Of a stretch of DNA of 64,000 nucleotides, positions 55,636-64,000 are shown one piece after another. Under the pieces are notes generated by a model. The model had not been told where the DNA came from. It ran no database searches and saw only the letters and a list, made by a program, of their open reading frames with translations. Each line of letters begins with the position of its first letter. Position 1 is the first letter of the stretch. Source of the DNA: Planctomycetota bacterium (lineage in GTDB: Bacteria; Planctomycetota; PLA2; JAEUHO01); assembly GCA_965223505.1 (NCBI GenBank), contig CBDCWP010000026.1, positions 32,001 through 96,000 of the forward strand, in the 5' to 3' direction. The translations under genes and the position numbers were made by a program.

Positions 55636-57585
55636 CTAGCGTCCGAGGGTCAGCGTGACCGTGGAACCGCGGGCAATGCGGGTGCCGGCGGTGACGGACT
55701 GCCGTATGACACGCAGCCCGACTCCACGGACCGCGCGTCCCACGAGACGCACGGACAACCCGAGATTGGTGAGCTGCCGAACCGATGCATCGCGCGACTG
55801 CCCGATGGTGTTCGGCATGGTGACGAAGCGCCCGCTCGCCGGCGGTCCGAAGGTCACGCGGACTTTCGATCCGCGCGCGAGGCGCGAGCCGGCGACGGGG
55901 GTCTGCGTCGCGACGACGTAGCCGACGCGAAGCGGCGACGTCGTGACGTAGGTGAGCGTGAGTCCCTTCTGCGCAAGCGCTTGGCGCGCCGCGCCGAGTC
56001 CCTTGCCGCGCACGTCCGGCACGACGACGAACGCCGCCGCCGCGGGCTCGAACGCGTACCGAAACTCGACGGCGCTGCCGCGCGCGATGCTCGCGCCAGC
56101 GGGTACGGCCTGCGACACGACGCGCGAGGTGCCGGCGCCCAGAGCCGGACCGCGACCTCTGCCGCGAAGGCCGGCGTCGGTCAACAGGTCTTCGGCCTCT
56201 TCGACCGTTCGGCTCATCAAGTTCGGCATGATCGTGGTCTTCGGGATGAACAACTTCACGCGCTCCCCGCCTGCGACGGACGAGCCGGGTGCGGGATCCT
56301 GGGCATAGATCAGTCCGACGGGCCGGTTGGGCGCGAAGCGGCCGACGAGGCGCGCCCTGAGCCCACGCCGAACGATGACCGCGCGCGCCTGAACGAGGTC
56401 CATCCCGCGAACGTCGGGGACCTCGACCTCCACGTTCGCGCCGTCGGGCAGGACCGACGCCACGCTGATCCTGACGATGCTGTCGACGTCGACGTGGACC
56501 CCGAAGTCCGGCGACTGCTCGACGACCGTGCCTTCGGCGAGTGCCGACGCCACGCGTTGGATCTCGACCCGCAGGCCGATGTTCTCGATCATCGCTGCGG
56601 CTTCGGTGGCGTCGATGCCGAACAGGCTCGGCACCTGGATGCGGTCGGCGGGCAGGTCGCGTTTCCAGACGGAGAAGTGCAGGTGCGCGCCGTAGGGGTG
56701 ACGGCTGCCGGGTTGCTCCTGTTGGCTGGCGACGACCATTTCCGGGCGGGTCGCGCCGGGAACGAAGCCGATGTGCGGGACGAAGCCGGCTCGAATCGCA
56801 TCGGCCTGTGCTTCGTACAAGCTCATGCCGACGACGTCGGGCGCGACGATGTAGTCGCTGTCGTCGTCGGGCACGCCGAGATCGCGGGGACCGGCGACGT
56901 CGATGCGAATGCGCTCGCGCGGCATCAGGCTGCTACCGGCGCGAGGCGTTTGCGACAGGACGAGACCGCGCTGTGCCCTGCTCTCGCGAACGAAGCGCAC
57001 GTCGAGAGCAAGCTCGCTGTCGGCCATGAGCGACTCGACCTCGCGCAGGAACTTGCCGACGAGATTGGGAACGCGCACCGGTCTGCGTACGACTTCGATG
57101 CGGAAGCGGCCGCGGTACGGCAGACGCGCGTCCGGACGCGGCGACTGGCGAACGACCTTGCCTTCGAAAGCGGCCATGCCGGTTACGTACTCGACGTCGA
57201 GGACGTACGCCTCGTCGAGCAGCGGTCCGATGTCCTGTTCGTCGCGGCCGCGCACGTCCGGCACGATGGTCTGGATGAGGGGGGCGATCCCGACGTAGAC
57301 GACGACCTCGTCGCCGGCATCGAGTGGTGTGCCGGCCTGCGGGTCTTGGCTGTTGATGACGCCGGGCCGCGGACCGGCGATGGTCAGGACCAGGACGTCG
57401 AGGCCCTGTTGCTCGAGCTGTTCGATGCCGCGGTCGGCGTCTTTGCCCTTGACGTCCGGCATGACGAGGCGAAGCGGTGAGGGTTTGCCCTGGTCGTCGG
57501 CGAGTGCCGGCGCAGCGAACCACGCCGCGCCTGCGAGGAGGAGGACGAAGTACGCGGACGTGCGTGCGACGAGCTTGGAAGGCAT
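55636..57585 (-). CDS. Secreted protein of nine tandem PASTA domains
   Basis: Signal peptide ending ALA-DD; nine repeats of vP(d/n)vxG...V..Q.P..G; no catalytic domain. Confidence 0.85.
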   Translation of the reverse strand: MPSKLVARTSAYFVLLLAGAAWFAAPALADDQGKPSPLRLVMPDVKGKDADRGIEQLEQQGLDVLVLTIAGPRPGVINSQDPQAGTPLDAGDEVVVYVGIAPLIQTIVPDVRGRDEQDIGPLLDEAYVLDVEYVTGMAAFEGKVVRQSPRPDARLPYRGRFRIEVVRRPVRVPNLVGKFLREVESLMADSELALDVRFVRESRAQRGLVLSQTPRAGSSLMPRERIRIDVAGPRDLGVPDDDSDYIVAPDVVGMSLYEAQADAIRAGFVPHIGFVPGATRPEMVVASQQEQPGSRHPYGAHLHFSVWKRDLPADRIQVPSLFGIDATEAAAMIENIGLRVEIQRVASALAEGTVVEQSPDFGVHVDVDSIVRISVASVLPDGANVEVEVPDVRGMDLVQARAVIVRRGLRARLVGRFAPNRPVGLIYAQDPAPGSSVAGGERVKLFIPKTTIMPNLMSRTVEEAEDLLTDAGLRGRGRGPALGAGTSRVVSQAVPAGASIARGSAVEFRYAFEPAAAAFVVVPDVRGKGLGAARQALAQKGLTLTYVTTSPLRVGYVVATQTPVAGSRLARGSKVRVTFGPPASGRFVTMPNTIGQSRDASVRQLTNLGLSVRLVGRAVRGVGLRVIRQSVTAGTRIARGSTVTLTLGR

Positions 57586-57632
57586 GGTGCGGCTCCTTGG
57601 GAACGAGGGGGCGGATTGAATACACGCCGCAG

Positions 57633-57648
57633 CGCAAAGCGCAGGCCA
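57633..57648 (-). promoter_or_regulatory. Possible sigma54 promoter of the PASTA gene
   Basis: Minus strand TGGCCTGCGCTTTGCG with canonical GG-to-GC spacing. Confidence 0.4.
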
Positions 57649-57903
57649 TATGGCGCGGGTCTTCTCGTCGCCTGCGAGGCGGGCCGGTCGGGAACCGCAG
57701 CGAATGGGGGTCGCCGGGAGGGTGCAAAAGCGGTGCAATTGCGGCGCTTCCGCAGGCTGCGTCCCCGTCCGGAGACGCCGTTCTGGGACGCCGGGACGCT
57801 GCGAGCCGGACGCCGGAGCGGCCACCAGCGCAGACGGCAGACCGCTCCCCAGGCCTCTCCCCTGGGGCCCCCCAAGTTGACATCGCGCGAAGCCGGCCGG
57901 TGG

Positions 57904-58683
57904 TTACGCGAGGCGAAGAAGAAGATCCTCGCCGTCGTAGCAAACCGCCTCGTAGCCAAGCGCCCTCCGAAGATCGACGTCACGCACGCCCACGTGCCCG
58001 ATGTGGGTGAACGCGACGTGCCGCGCCCCCAGATCGGCAGCGATCCGAGCCACGCGATCCGTCCCGGGATGCCCGTAGCCGCCCGCCCCCACGTAGGTCC
58101 CGTCGCCGACGAACCAGTCGACGCCGAGCAACAGCTCCGTCGGTGCGACGGCACGCTCCCCCATGTCCGTCGCGTAGGCAATGCGCCCCTCGTCCGTCGT
58201 GATCAGCACGCCGGTCGTGTCGAAGGCGTCCCGATGCCCACACTCGAACCCCTCGAGGCGCATCGACGGATACGCGAGGTGAACGCCCGTTCCCCAGCGC
58301 TCGAAACGGATCTTCGGCTCCTTGCGCGAGAGATGCGGGAACGCCTCGCAAATGCGCGCGGCGTGCACATCGTCCGCGTGCACCACCAACGGCTCGCTCC
58401 GCTGGACGACCCTCACGAGGTCATCCAGGCCCAGAAAGTGATCCGGATGCGTGTGTGTGATCAGGACGCGATCCACGCGCGGTGCGAGCTGCTCGCGCTC
58501 GAGCTGATGCAGGATGTCGGGCCCCACGTCGACGAGCACGATCTCTTCGCCGGTATCGATCCGCAACGAGCTGCGCGTTCGACGAAGCGCCGGAGCGTCG
58601 CGCGCCTCCGTGCACTGCTCGCAACGGCAGCCGGGGCGCGGAATCGGCCACGCCGCGGAGGTGCCGAGCAGTCGCGCTTCCAT
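57904..58683 (-). CDS. MBL-fold metallo-hydrolase (PhnP-like)
   Basis: LGT, PRPGCRCEQC, RTRSS, THTHPDH, YATD and FTHIGH. Confidence 0.88.
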   Translation of the reverse strand: MEARLLGTSAAWPIPRPGCRCEQCTEARDAPALRRTRSSLRIDTGEEIVLVDVGPDILHQLEREQLAPRVDRVLITHTHPDHFLGLDDLVRVVQRSEPLVVHADDVHAARICEAFPHLSRKEPKIRFERWGTGVHLAYPSMRLEGFECGHRDAFDTTGVLITTDEGRIAYATDMGERAVAPTELLLGVDWFVGDGTYVGAGGYGHPGTDRVARIAADLGARHVAFTHIGHVGVRDVDLRRALGYEAVCYDGEDLLLRLA

Positions 58684-58782
58684 CCGGTTTCCCATTGTCG
58701 CCCTTGACGCAACGACGCGCTCTCACGTACATCGGCGTTAGGGAGGGGCGCGGGCAGCGTATCCGACGGCGGCCGTGCCGCG

Positions 58783-59553
58783 ATGATGCGTTGGTCCTCG
58801 CTATCGGGGGCCACGGAGACCCTCGTGGCGCCCCCCACCGCACATCGATCCGCCGGGCGGTTGATCCGCTCCCCCTTCTCGCTCCTCGTCGGCGACAACG
58901 TCGACGATCGGCGCGGCCTCGACGCCCTCGTCGAGTGCGCCCGTCAAGGCAGCGCCGACGCCTTCCGCACCGTCACCGAGCGCATGGGCCCCATGCTCAT
59001 GCGGTACGTGCGCGGCTATCTCAACGGCGACCTCGACACCGCCGACGACGTCGTCCAGGACACCTTCGTCGCCGCCTGGAACAACCTCGACCACATCAAC
59101 GACGGCAACCACCTGCGTCCGTGGCTCTTTCGCGTGGCCAGGAACAAAGCCATCACCTGGCTGCGACGCCGCGGCCCAGGCCGGCGCCCGATGGCGTCGA
59201 TCGACGGCGTACGCGCCCGCCGCGGCTTCGAGATCGCCGACGCTGCCCAGCCGGACCCGGCCGAGCCCGACGACGCGGACTGGGTGCCCGAGTTCGCGCT
59301 CGCCGCCCTTCGACGAGCGCTCGACGACCTGCCGGACAACTACGCGCCCGTCGTACGGCTCCACTACCTGCGCGGCCACAGCTCGCGCGAGGTCGCCGAC
59401 CTGCTCGACCTCCCCCACACGACCGTGAAGATGCGCCTTCACCGCGCGCGCAACTTCCTGCGCCATCGCATGCTCGCGCACGCCGAAGCACTCTGCCGGG
59501 AGGAGTCGAACGCGCTGATCGAGAAACTCTCCCAGGGGAGGCAAACGGAGTGA
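58783..59553 (+). CDS. ECF RNA polymerase sigma factor (start uncertain)
   Basis: ADDVVQDTF, LRPWLFRVARN, LPDNY, EVADLL and TVKMRLHRAR. Confidence 0.85.
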   Translation: MMRWSSLSGATETLVAPPTAHRSAGRLIRSPFSLLVGDNVDDRRGLDALVECARQGSADAFRTVTERMGPMLMRYVRGYLNGDLDTADDVVQDTFVAAWNNLDHINDGNHLRPWLFRVARNKAITWLRRRGPGRRPMASIDGVRARRGFEIADAAQPDPAEPDDADWVPEFALAALRRALDDLPDNYAPVVRLHYLRGHSSREVADLLDLPHTTVKMRLHRARNFLRHRMLAHAEALCREESNALIEKLSQGRQTE

Positions 59554-60464
59554 AACGACGCCTGCCGACACACGCCGATCTGGAGCGGTGGCTCGCAATG
59601 CTCCGCGAAGAACGCGAGGCGCTGCGAAGGCAAGCCCGCGGCGTCGCCGATCGCGTGCATCGACGAATCACGTCGAAGGGATCCGACGGTTCGCGCGACC
59701 GGGTCCGCGAGCGGCGCACGACGTTCAGCACAGCGGCGATCCTGTTGTTCGCCCTGTGCGCCAACATGATGGCCCCCCGCTCGACGGTGCCGACATCCAC
59801 GCTCTCCGACGCGTCCGCCGGCCCGGTCGAGGCCAAAGAGCGACTCGAGCACGCGAAGGCGTTCTCGATCGGGAAACACTGGCTGGTGCAGGCCGATGCG
59901 TACCAAGACGTCGCGCGCATGACGAACCGCTCGGACCCCACACGCCAAGGCGCTCTGAAGGCAATGGCGCGTTCGTATCGGAAGGGCGGACGCGCGCACG
60001 GAGCGCTCGCTGCCTTGCGCCACGTGGCGTCGTACGGCCCCAAGCGTGACGCCTCGCGACTGCGCGCGCTCCTTGCGTACGCGAGCGCGCTGCGCGCCGA
60101 GCACGACCTCGACGCGGCGCGGGCGGTCGCGGAGGCGGTCGCTTCGTTGTCGGGCTCGGTGGAGCCCGCCATCACGGCCAAGGCGCTGGCGCTGCTGGCC
60201 GACGACGCGCACGAGCGGGGTGCCGCGCAGCGGCTCGAGGCGTTGCTTCGCGCCATGGACGAAGTCGACGCGCCTGCCGACACACGCATCCGCCTATTGG
60301 GCCGGCTGGGTGAGCTGTATCTTGGGCGCGAGGACGTCAGTGCCGCGCGCAAGGCGCTGCTTCGCGCGAAGACGCTGTATCAGGAGATTGCGAAGCAAGA
60401 CAATCAGGCCGCGCGCAAGGCGACGAAGGTCTGGATGGACCTGCCGCTTCGCAAGCAGCTGTGA
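59550..60464 (+). CDS. Putative anti-sigma factor, single TM with TPR-like helical C-terminus
   Basis: GTGA overlap with the ECF stop; one hydrophobic segment; Ala/Leu-rich helical repeats. Confidence 0.6.
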   Translation: MKRRLPTHADLERWLAMLREEREALRRQARGVADRVHRRITSKGSDGSRDRVRERRTTFSTAAILLFALCANMMAPRSTVPTSTLSDASAGPVEAKERLEHAKAFSIGKHWLVQADAYQDVARMTNRSDPTRQGALKAMARSYRKGGRAHGALAALRHVASYGPKRDASRLRALLAYASALRAEHDLDAARAVAEAVASLSGSVEPAITAKALALLADDAHERGAAQRLEALLRAMDEVDAPADTRIRLLGRLGELYLGREDVSAARKALLRAKTLYQEIAKQDNQAARKATKVWMDLPLRKQL

Positions 60465-60474
60465 GCGGGCAACG

Positions 60475-60508
60475 GAAAAGGGCGCGGCCCCTTCCGAGGC
60501 CGCGCCCT
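60475..60508. terminator. Hairpin terminator between convergent genes
   Basis: AGGGCGCGGCC...GGCCGCGCCCT stem with a T-run on the minus strand. Confidence 0.65.
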
Positions 60509-60525
60509 CGAGCCCAGCGGTCCAC

Positions 60526-62151
60526 CTACCGCGAACGAAGCGTCTCAATCATTTCTTCGAACCCCTCTTCCGTGATGGGCTCCATCTGTTTCGAGGCGAG
60601 CATCTCCGCCTGCTCCTCGGCGGGCGCGGCCATGAAGTCGCTGACGGCGAAGCCGTACGCCGTGATGTACGACCACTTCGCGTCGACGAGCCCCGCGCCG
60701 GTTGCCTTGTCCGGTCCCGGCCCGGCAGGATCGCCCATGGCGCTTTGGCCGGTCGTGACATCCCGTGCCCACTTCATGAGGATGTCCTTCACCTTCTTCG
60801 GCGCGAGCTTCTTCTTCTGCAACAGCAGCGCCACGACGCCCGCGATCTGCGGGCAGGAAGCGGACGTGCCGCTGAACAGCCCCCAGCCGTCGGTCGAGGA
60901 GCCCGTGTTCGGGAAGTCGAGCGACGCACCGGACTCCACAGGCAGCATGATGCTCGGCGCGCCGCTGGGCGGCGTGTTGCCGACCAGGCCGCAGACGTCG
61001 GGCACGTGCCGGCCGGGGTACAGGTTGCTGTCGAAGCTGCTGGCGTAGTTGGACGCCTCGAAGGTCAGACTCGGGTAGTTGACGTGCACACCGCCTACGG
61101 CGATCACGTCCGGGTGGCACGCGGGGAACGCGCGGTGGCCGTTGCCACCGGAGAAGCACACGACGATGCCCTTGCTCACGGCATTGGCGACGGCCGCCTC
61201 GAGCGCCTTGAGATACGGGCTCAGCGTCACGCCGGGGAAATCGATGTGATAGCCCCAGCTGTTCGTGATCACGTGCGGCTTGAGTGCGACCGCTGCGTTG
61301 AACGCGCCGACGGTATCCCCGGCCATCTTCACGGGCAGCAGGCTGGCATCCGGCGCCGAGCTGAACACGTTTGCCGACTCGCCGGTGCCGTGGCCGTTGC
61401 TGTCGCTCTTGGGATTCGACGCGCCGGGGCCGAGCACGGTGGGTGCGACGCGGTATCCGTGCTCGATGAAGAACGGATGGCGATAGTGCCCCGAGTCGAT
61501 CATGGCGACGCGAATGCCGCGCCCCGTGGTGCCCAGGCGATGGACGCGCGCGGCGCGAAGCAGTACGGCGATCTCATCGGGCGCGAACAGGTAGCGGTAG
61601 CCACCCGAGGGGATGGGCGCCAGCGGCGGGAGGAACGCTTCGACGCCGCCCGCCAGGGTGGCGGCGCCGTTACCGGCCTCGGCCTCGAGGTGGTCGGGCA
61701 CGGTCACCTCGGCCGGGGGCTCGCCTGTGGAGACGGCGGTCCCGAACAGGATGGCCGGTTCGGCGAGCGCAACGCCTTCGATCAGTCCTTGAAGCCGGGA
61801 CGGCGGTTCGACCAGCTGGTCGGGGCCCTTCCCGGGCAGCGCAAAGTACGACTCCTTGCGTTCGGCGGAGATTTCCTTCTTCTTGCGCTTGAGCTTCTTG
61901 TTGAACGTGTCTTCGAAGAGCTTGCGTGACCCCCGAATGGAGATCGTGGTGTCGTCCTCGGCCGGCTCGAACACCTCGAATCCGATCGAGCGCAGCTCAC
62001 GAACGGCGTTGTTCATCACATCGCACTCGGAGCGGAAGGCATCGACGTTGCCTTCGTTGATGGTTCCTTCGTGTCGGAACAGTGACGTTCCGCCGATGGA
62101 GCGCGGCGACACGGTCGCCTGCACGACGTTCTTGTTGTTGGGAGGGCTCAT
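60526..62151 (-). CDS. S8 family (subtilisin-like) serine peptidase, no signal peptide
   Basis: Catalytic triad motifs IDSG, HGT and FSGTSASCP; GAGLVDA. AGGAG RBS. Confidence 0.9.
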   Translation of the reverse strand: MSPPNNKNVVQATVSPRSIGGTSLFRHEGTINEGNVDAFRSECDVMNNAVRELRSIGFEVFEPAEDDTTISIRGSRKLFEDTFNKKLKRKKKEISAERKESYFALPGKGPDQLVEPPSRLQGLIEGVALAEPAILFGTAVSTGEPPAEVTVPDHLEAEAGNGAATLAGGVEAFLPPLAPIPSGGYRYLFAPDEIAVLLRAARVHRLGTTGRGIRVAMIDSGHYRHPFFIEHGYRVAPTVLGPGASNPKSDSNGHGTGESANVFSSAPDASLLPVKMAGDTVGAFNAAVALKPHVITNSWGYHIDFPGVTLSPYLKALEAAVANAVSKGIVVCFSGGNGHRAFPACHPDVIAVGGVHVNYPSLTFEASNYASSFDSNLYPGRHVPDVCGLVGNTPPSGAPSIMLPVESGASLDFPNTGSSTDGWGLFSGTSASCPQIAGVVALLLQKKKLAPKKVKDILMKWARDVTTGQSAMGDPAGPGPDKATGAGLVDAKWSYITAYGFAVSDFMAAPAEEQAEMLASKQMEPITEEGFEEMIETLRSR

Positions 62152-62194
62152 CTGTGTTTTCTCCTAGGTTTCACTTTCATTTGTGTAGTGGGGA

Positions 62195-62560
62195 TCATGG
62201 GAAGAGCTCCGGGACCTCAGGCAGGACGACCTGTTCGACGAAGGGCCTGAGAGGCTCCGGGACTCTGATCGTTCCGGCGGCGGTGAACGTGATCACGTCG
62301 CCGGCGTGGTGTTCGTGAAGCTGCGTCTCGAAGATGCGTTCGAAGAGGTCCTTGGAGCATTCGATCGAGATGCTGGTCGGACCTGTCTGGGCGACACGGA
62401 TGCCGAGACGCGTGAGCTCCGTGGTCGCGCGTTCGACGACCGCCTCATCGACGGTGTGCGCATCGACGTTCTCGGAGGTGACGGGCTCGGATGCAGCGGG
62501 ACGGTCGGCGTCGCCGGTCTTGCGACGCAGGATGACACTTGCGGCGACGCGCTCACTCAC
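62195..62560 (-). CDS. About 121-aa protein resembling the prodomain of the adjacent S8 peptidase (start approximate)
   Basis: Aligns by eye with the N-terminal about 135 aa of the S8 ORF; GTG at 62560. Confidence 0.7.
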   Translation of the reverse strand: MSERVAASVILRRKTGDADRPAASEPVTSENVDAHTVDEAVVERATTELTRLGIRVAQTGPTSISIECSKDLFERIFETQLHEHHAGDVITFTAAGTIRVPEPLRPFVEQVVLPEVPELFP

Positions 62561-62803
62561 GTGAGCACACGTCGCGCGAAGTAGGCGGCACCTGCTCGGC
62601 GCGTCCACACTGCGACGACCCCTTCGTCGTGCGTAACAACACCGAAACCCTAGCGATTTGCTGGCATTTTGTAAATGCGAAGAAGGGCCTAAGCAGGGCG
62701 CCGAGAGGCCCCGGAGTTGCGGCCCTGTGCCCACGGTGCCGCAAGTGCATGGTGCAGCCCGAAATACGCCGGCGGGTGCCGCTCGCTCGTAGCCGGGCCG
62801 GCT

Positions 62804-62877
62804 GCTAGGGCGACCCTCGGGGTCGCCCAACCAGGCGCGTGCATCCTCCGTCGGGCAGCCACGAGGGCTGCCCCTAC
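62804..62877. repeat. REP inverted pair
   Basis: GCTAGGGCGACCCTCGGGGTCGCCC and GGGCAGCCACGAGGGCTGCCCCTAC. Confidence 0.82.
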
Positions 62878-63998
62878 AGGGTCTCGGCGCCCCGTCCGGT
62901 CTTGCGCCCCAACCCAATGCCCTCGTACTCGAACCCGGCCTCGCGGGCCTTGTCGGCATCCAGCACGTTGCGGCCGTCGAAGACGACCTTCTGCTTCATG
63001 ACGCCGCTGAGGCGTTCGAAGTCGGCGGCGCGGAATTCGAGCCACTCGGTCGCCAGGATGAGCGCGTCGGCGTCCTTGGCGGCGGCATAGGGGTCGGTCG
63101 AGTACTCCATGCGCTCACCGAACGCCTTGCGGAAGTTGTCAAGTGCTTCCGGGTCGGTCCCGACGACGGTGGCGCCTCTGGAGGCGAGCATGTCGGCGAT
63201 GACGAGCGCCGGTGCTTCGCGGATGTCGTCGGTCTGGGGCTTGAAGGCCAGGCCCCAGAGGGCGAAGCGCTTGCCGGAGAGATCCTCGCCGAAGCGTTCG
63301 ATGACGCGGCGTGCGATGAGCTCCTTCTGGGTGTCGTTGACGGCTTCGACGGCGGTGACGATGGTCATGTCGACGCCGGCGGCCTTGGCGATGTGCATGA
63401 GGCCCTGGGTGTCCTTGGGGAAGCAGGAGCCGCCGTAGCCGACGCCGGCGTAGAGGAACGGCTTTCCGATGCGGCTGTCGGTGCCGATGCCCGAGGCGAT
63501 GTCCTTGACGTTGGCGCCGACGGTGTCGCAGAGCCGGGCGATCTCGTTCATGAAGGAGATGCGGGTGGCGAGCATGGCGTTGGCGGCGTACTTGGTGACC
63601 TCGGCGGAGACGTTGGACATGCGCAGGATGGGCTTGCCGGAGACGACGTAGGGCGCGTAGAGGGTGCGCATGGTCTCGAAGGCTTCGTCGGAGTCGGTGC
63701 CGATGACGACGCGGTCGGGCTTGAGGAAGTCGTCGACGGAGCGGCCTTCGGCGAGGAACTCGGGGTTGGAGACGACGTGGACGGTGTGGTCGGTGTAGGT
63801 GGCACAGATCTCCTTCATGCGGGCGGCGGTGCCGACGGGCACGGTGCTCTTCATGACCAGGACGAGGGGGCCGGTGGCGGGTTCGACGGACTGCCTCACG
63901 GCGGCGTCGACGTAGGAGAGGTCGGGGGCGCCGTCGGGGCCTTCGGGGGTGCCGACGGCGATGAAGACGACGTCGCAGCCGGGGATGGCGTCGGCGTG
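62874..63998 (-). CDS. ugd: UDP-glucose/GDP-mannose dehydrogenase, 5'-partial
   Basis: FIAVGTP, KSTVPVGT, NPEFL, GYGGSCFPKD, GLAFKPQTDDIREAP and FDGRN. Frame is open to the window edge. Confidence 0.93.
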   Translation of the reverse strand, partial: HADAIPGCDVVFIAVGTPEGPDGAPDLSYVDAAVRQSVEPATGPLVLVMKSTVPVGTAARMKEICATYTDHTVHVVSNPEFLAEGRSVDDFLKPDRVVIGTDSDEAFETMRTLYAPYVVSGKPILRMSNVSAEVTKYAANAMLATRISFMNEIARLCDTVGANVKDIASGIGTDSRIGKPFLYAGVGYGGSCFPKDTQGLMHIAKAAGVDMTIVTAVEAVNDTQKELIARRVIERFGEDLSGKRFALWGLAFKPQTDDIREAPALVIADMLASRGATVVGTDPEALDNFRKAFGERMEYSTDPYAAAKDADALILATEWLEFRAADFERLSGVMKQKVVFDGRNVLDADKAREAGFEYEGIGLGRKTGRGAETL

Positions 63999-64000
63999 GG

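Noticed and set aside
58806..58836. GGGGGCCACG...CGTGGCGCCCCCC hairpin resembling a REP
   Set aside because: It lacks GTAG, matches the consensus only loosely and may lie in the ECF coding or leader region.

Overview
High-GC bacterial chromosomal window, probably an uncultured Planctomycetota/PVC-like lineage. That assignment is an inference from the long-form GreA, the chlamydial-type citrate synthase and the ECF sigma content. Most genes are housekeeping or catabolic: xth, an NhaP-type antiporter, citrate synthase, a leucine/isovalerate (liu-type) operon, an acyl-CoA/aromatic-CoA cluster, kynA, moaA, greA, tRNA-Arg(CCG), an rluB-like gene, rsmD, pdxJ, dapA, hsp20-clpB and ugd. The most unusual locus is an 826-aa fusion of a PqqD/RRE-like domain, a radical SAM domain, a degenerate SPASM domain and an ArsM-type As(III) methyltransferase. 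It converges on an unannotated 31-aa lipoprotein gene whose mature part is CTSGGGCSTCGG. Other notable signals: about 16 GTAG-type REP palindromes; an IS481-family element inserted at the CTAC end of one REP with a 6-bp CCTACG duplication; a recurring -10 box 6-9 nt before start codons, suggesting widespread leaderless mRNAs; a subtilase preceded by a free-standing copy of its own prodomain; a SenB/GLT1D1-like glycosyltransferase; a secreted protein made only of nine PASTA domains; and a second hidden small lipoprotein. No CRISPR array, prophage or recognisable defence system was seen. All calls come from motif recognition by eye, with no database searches.
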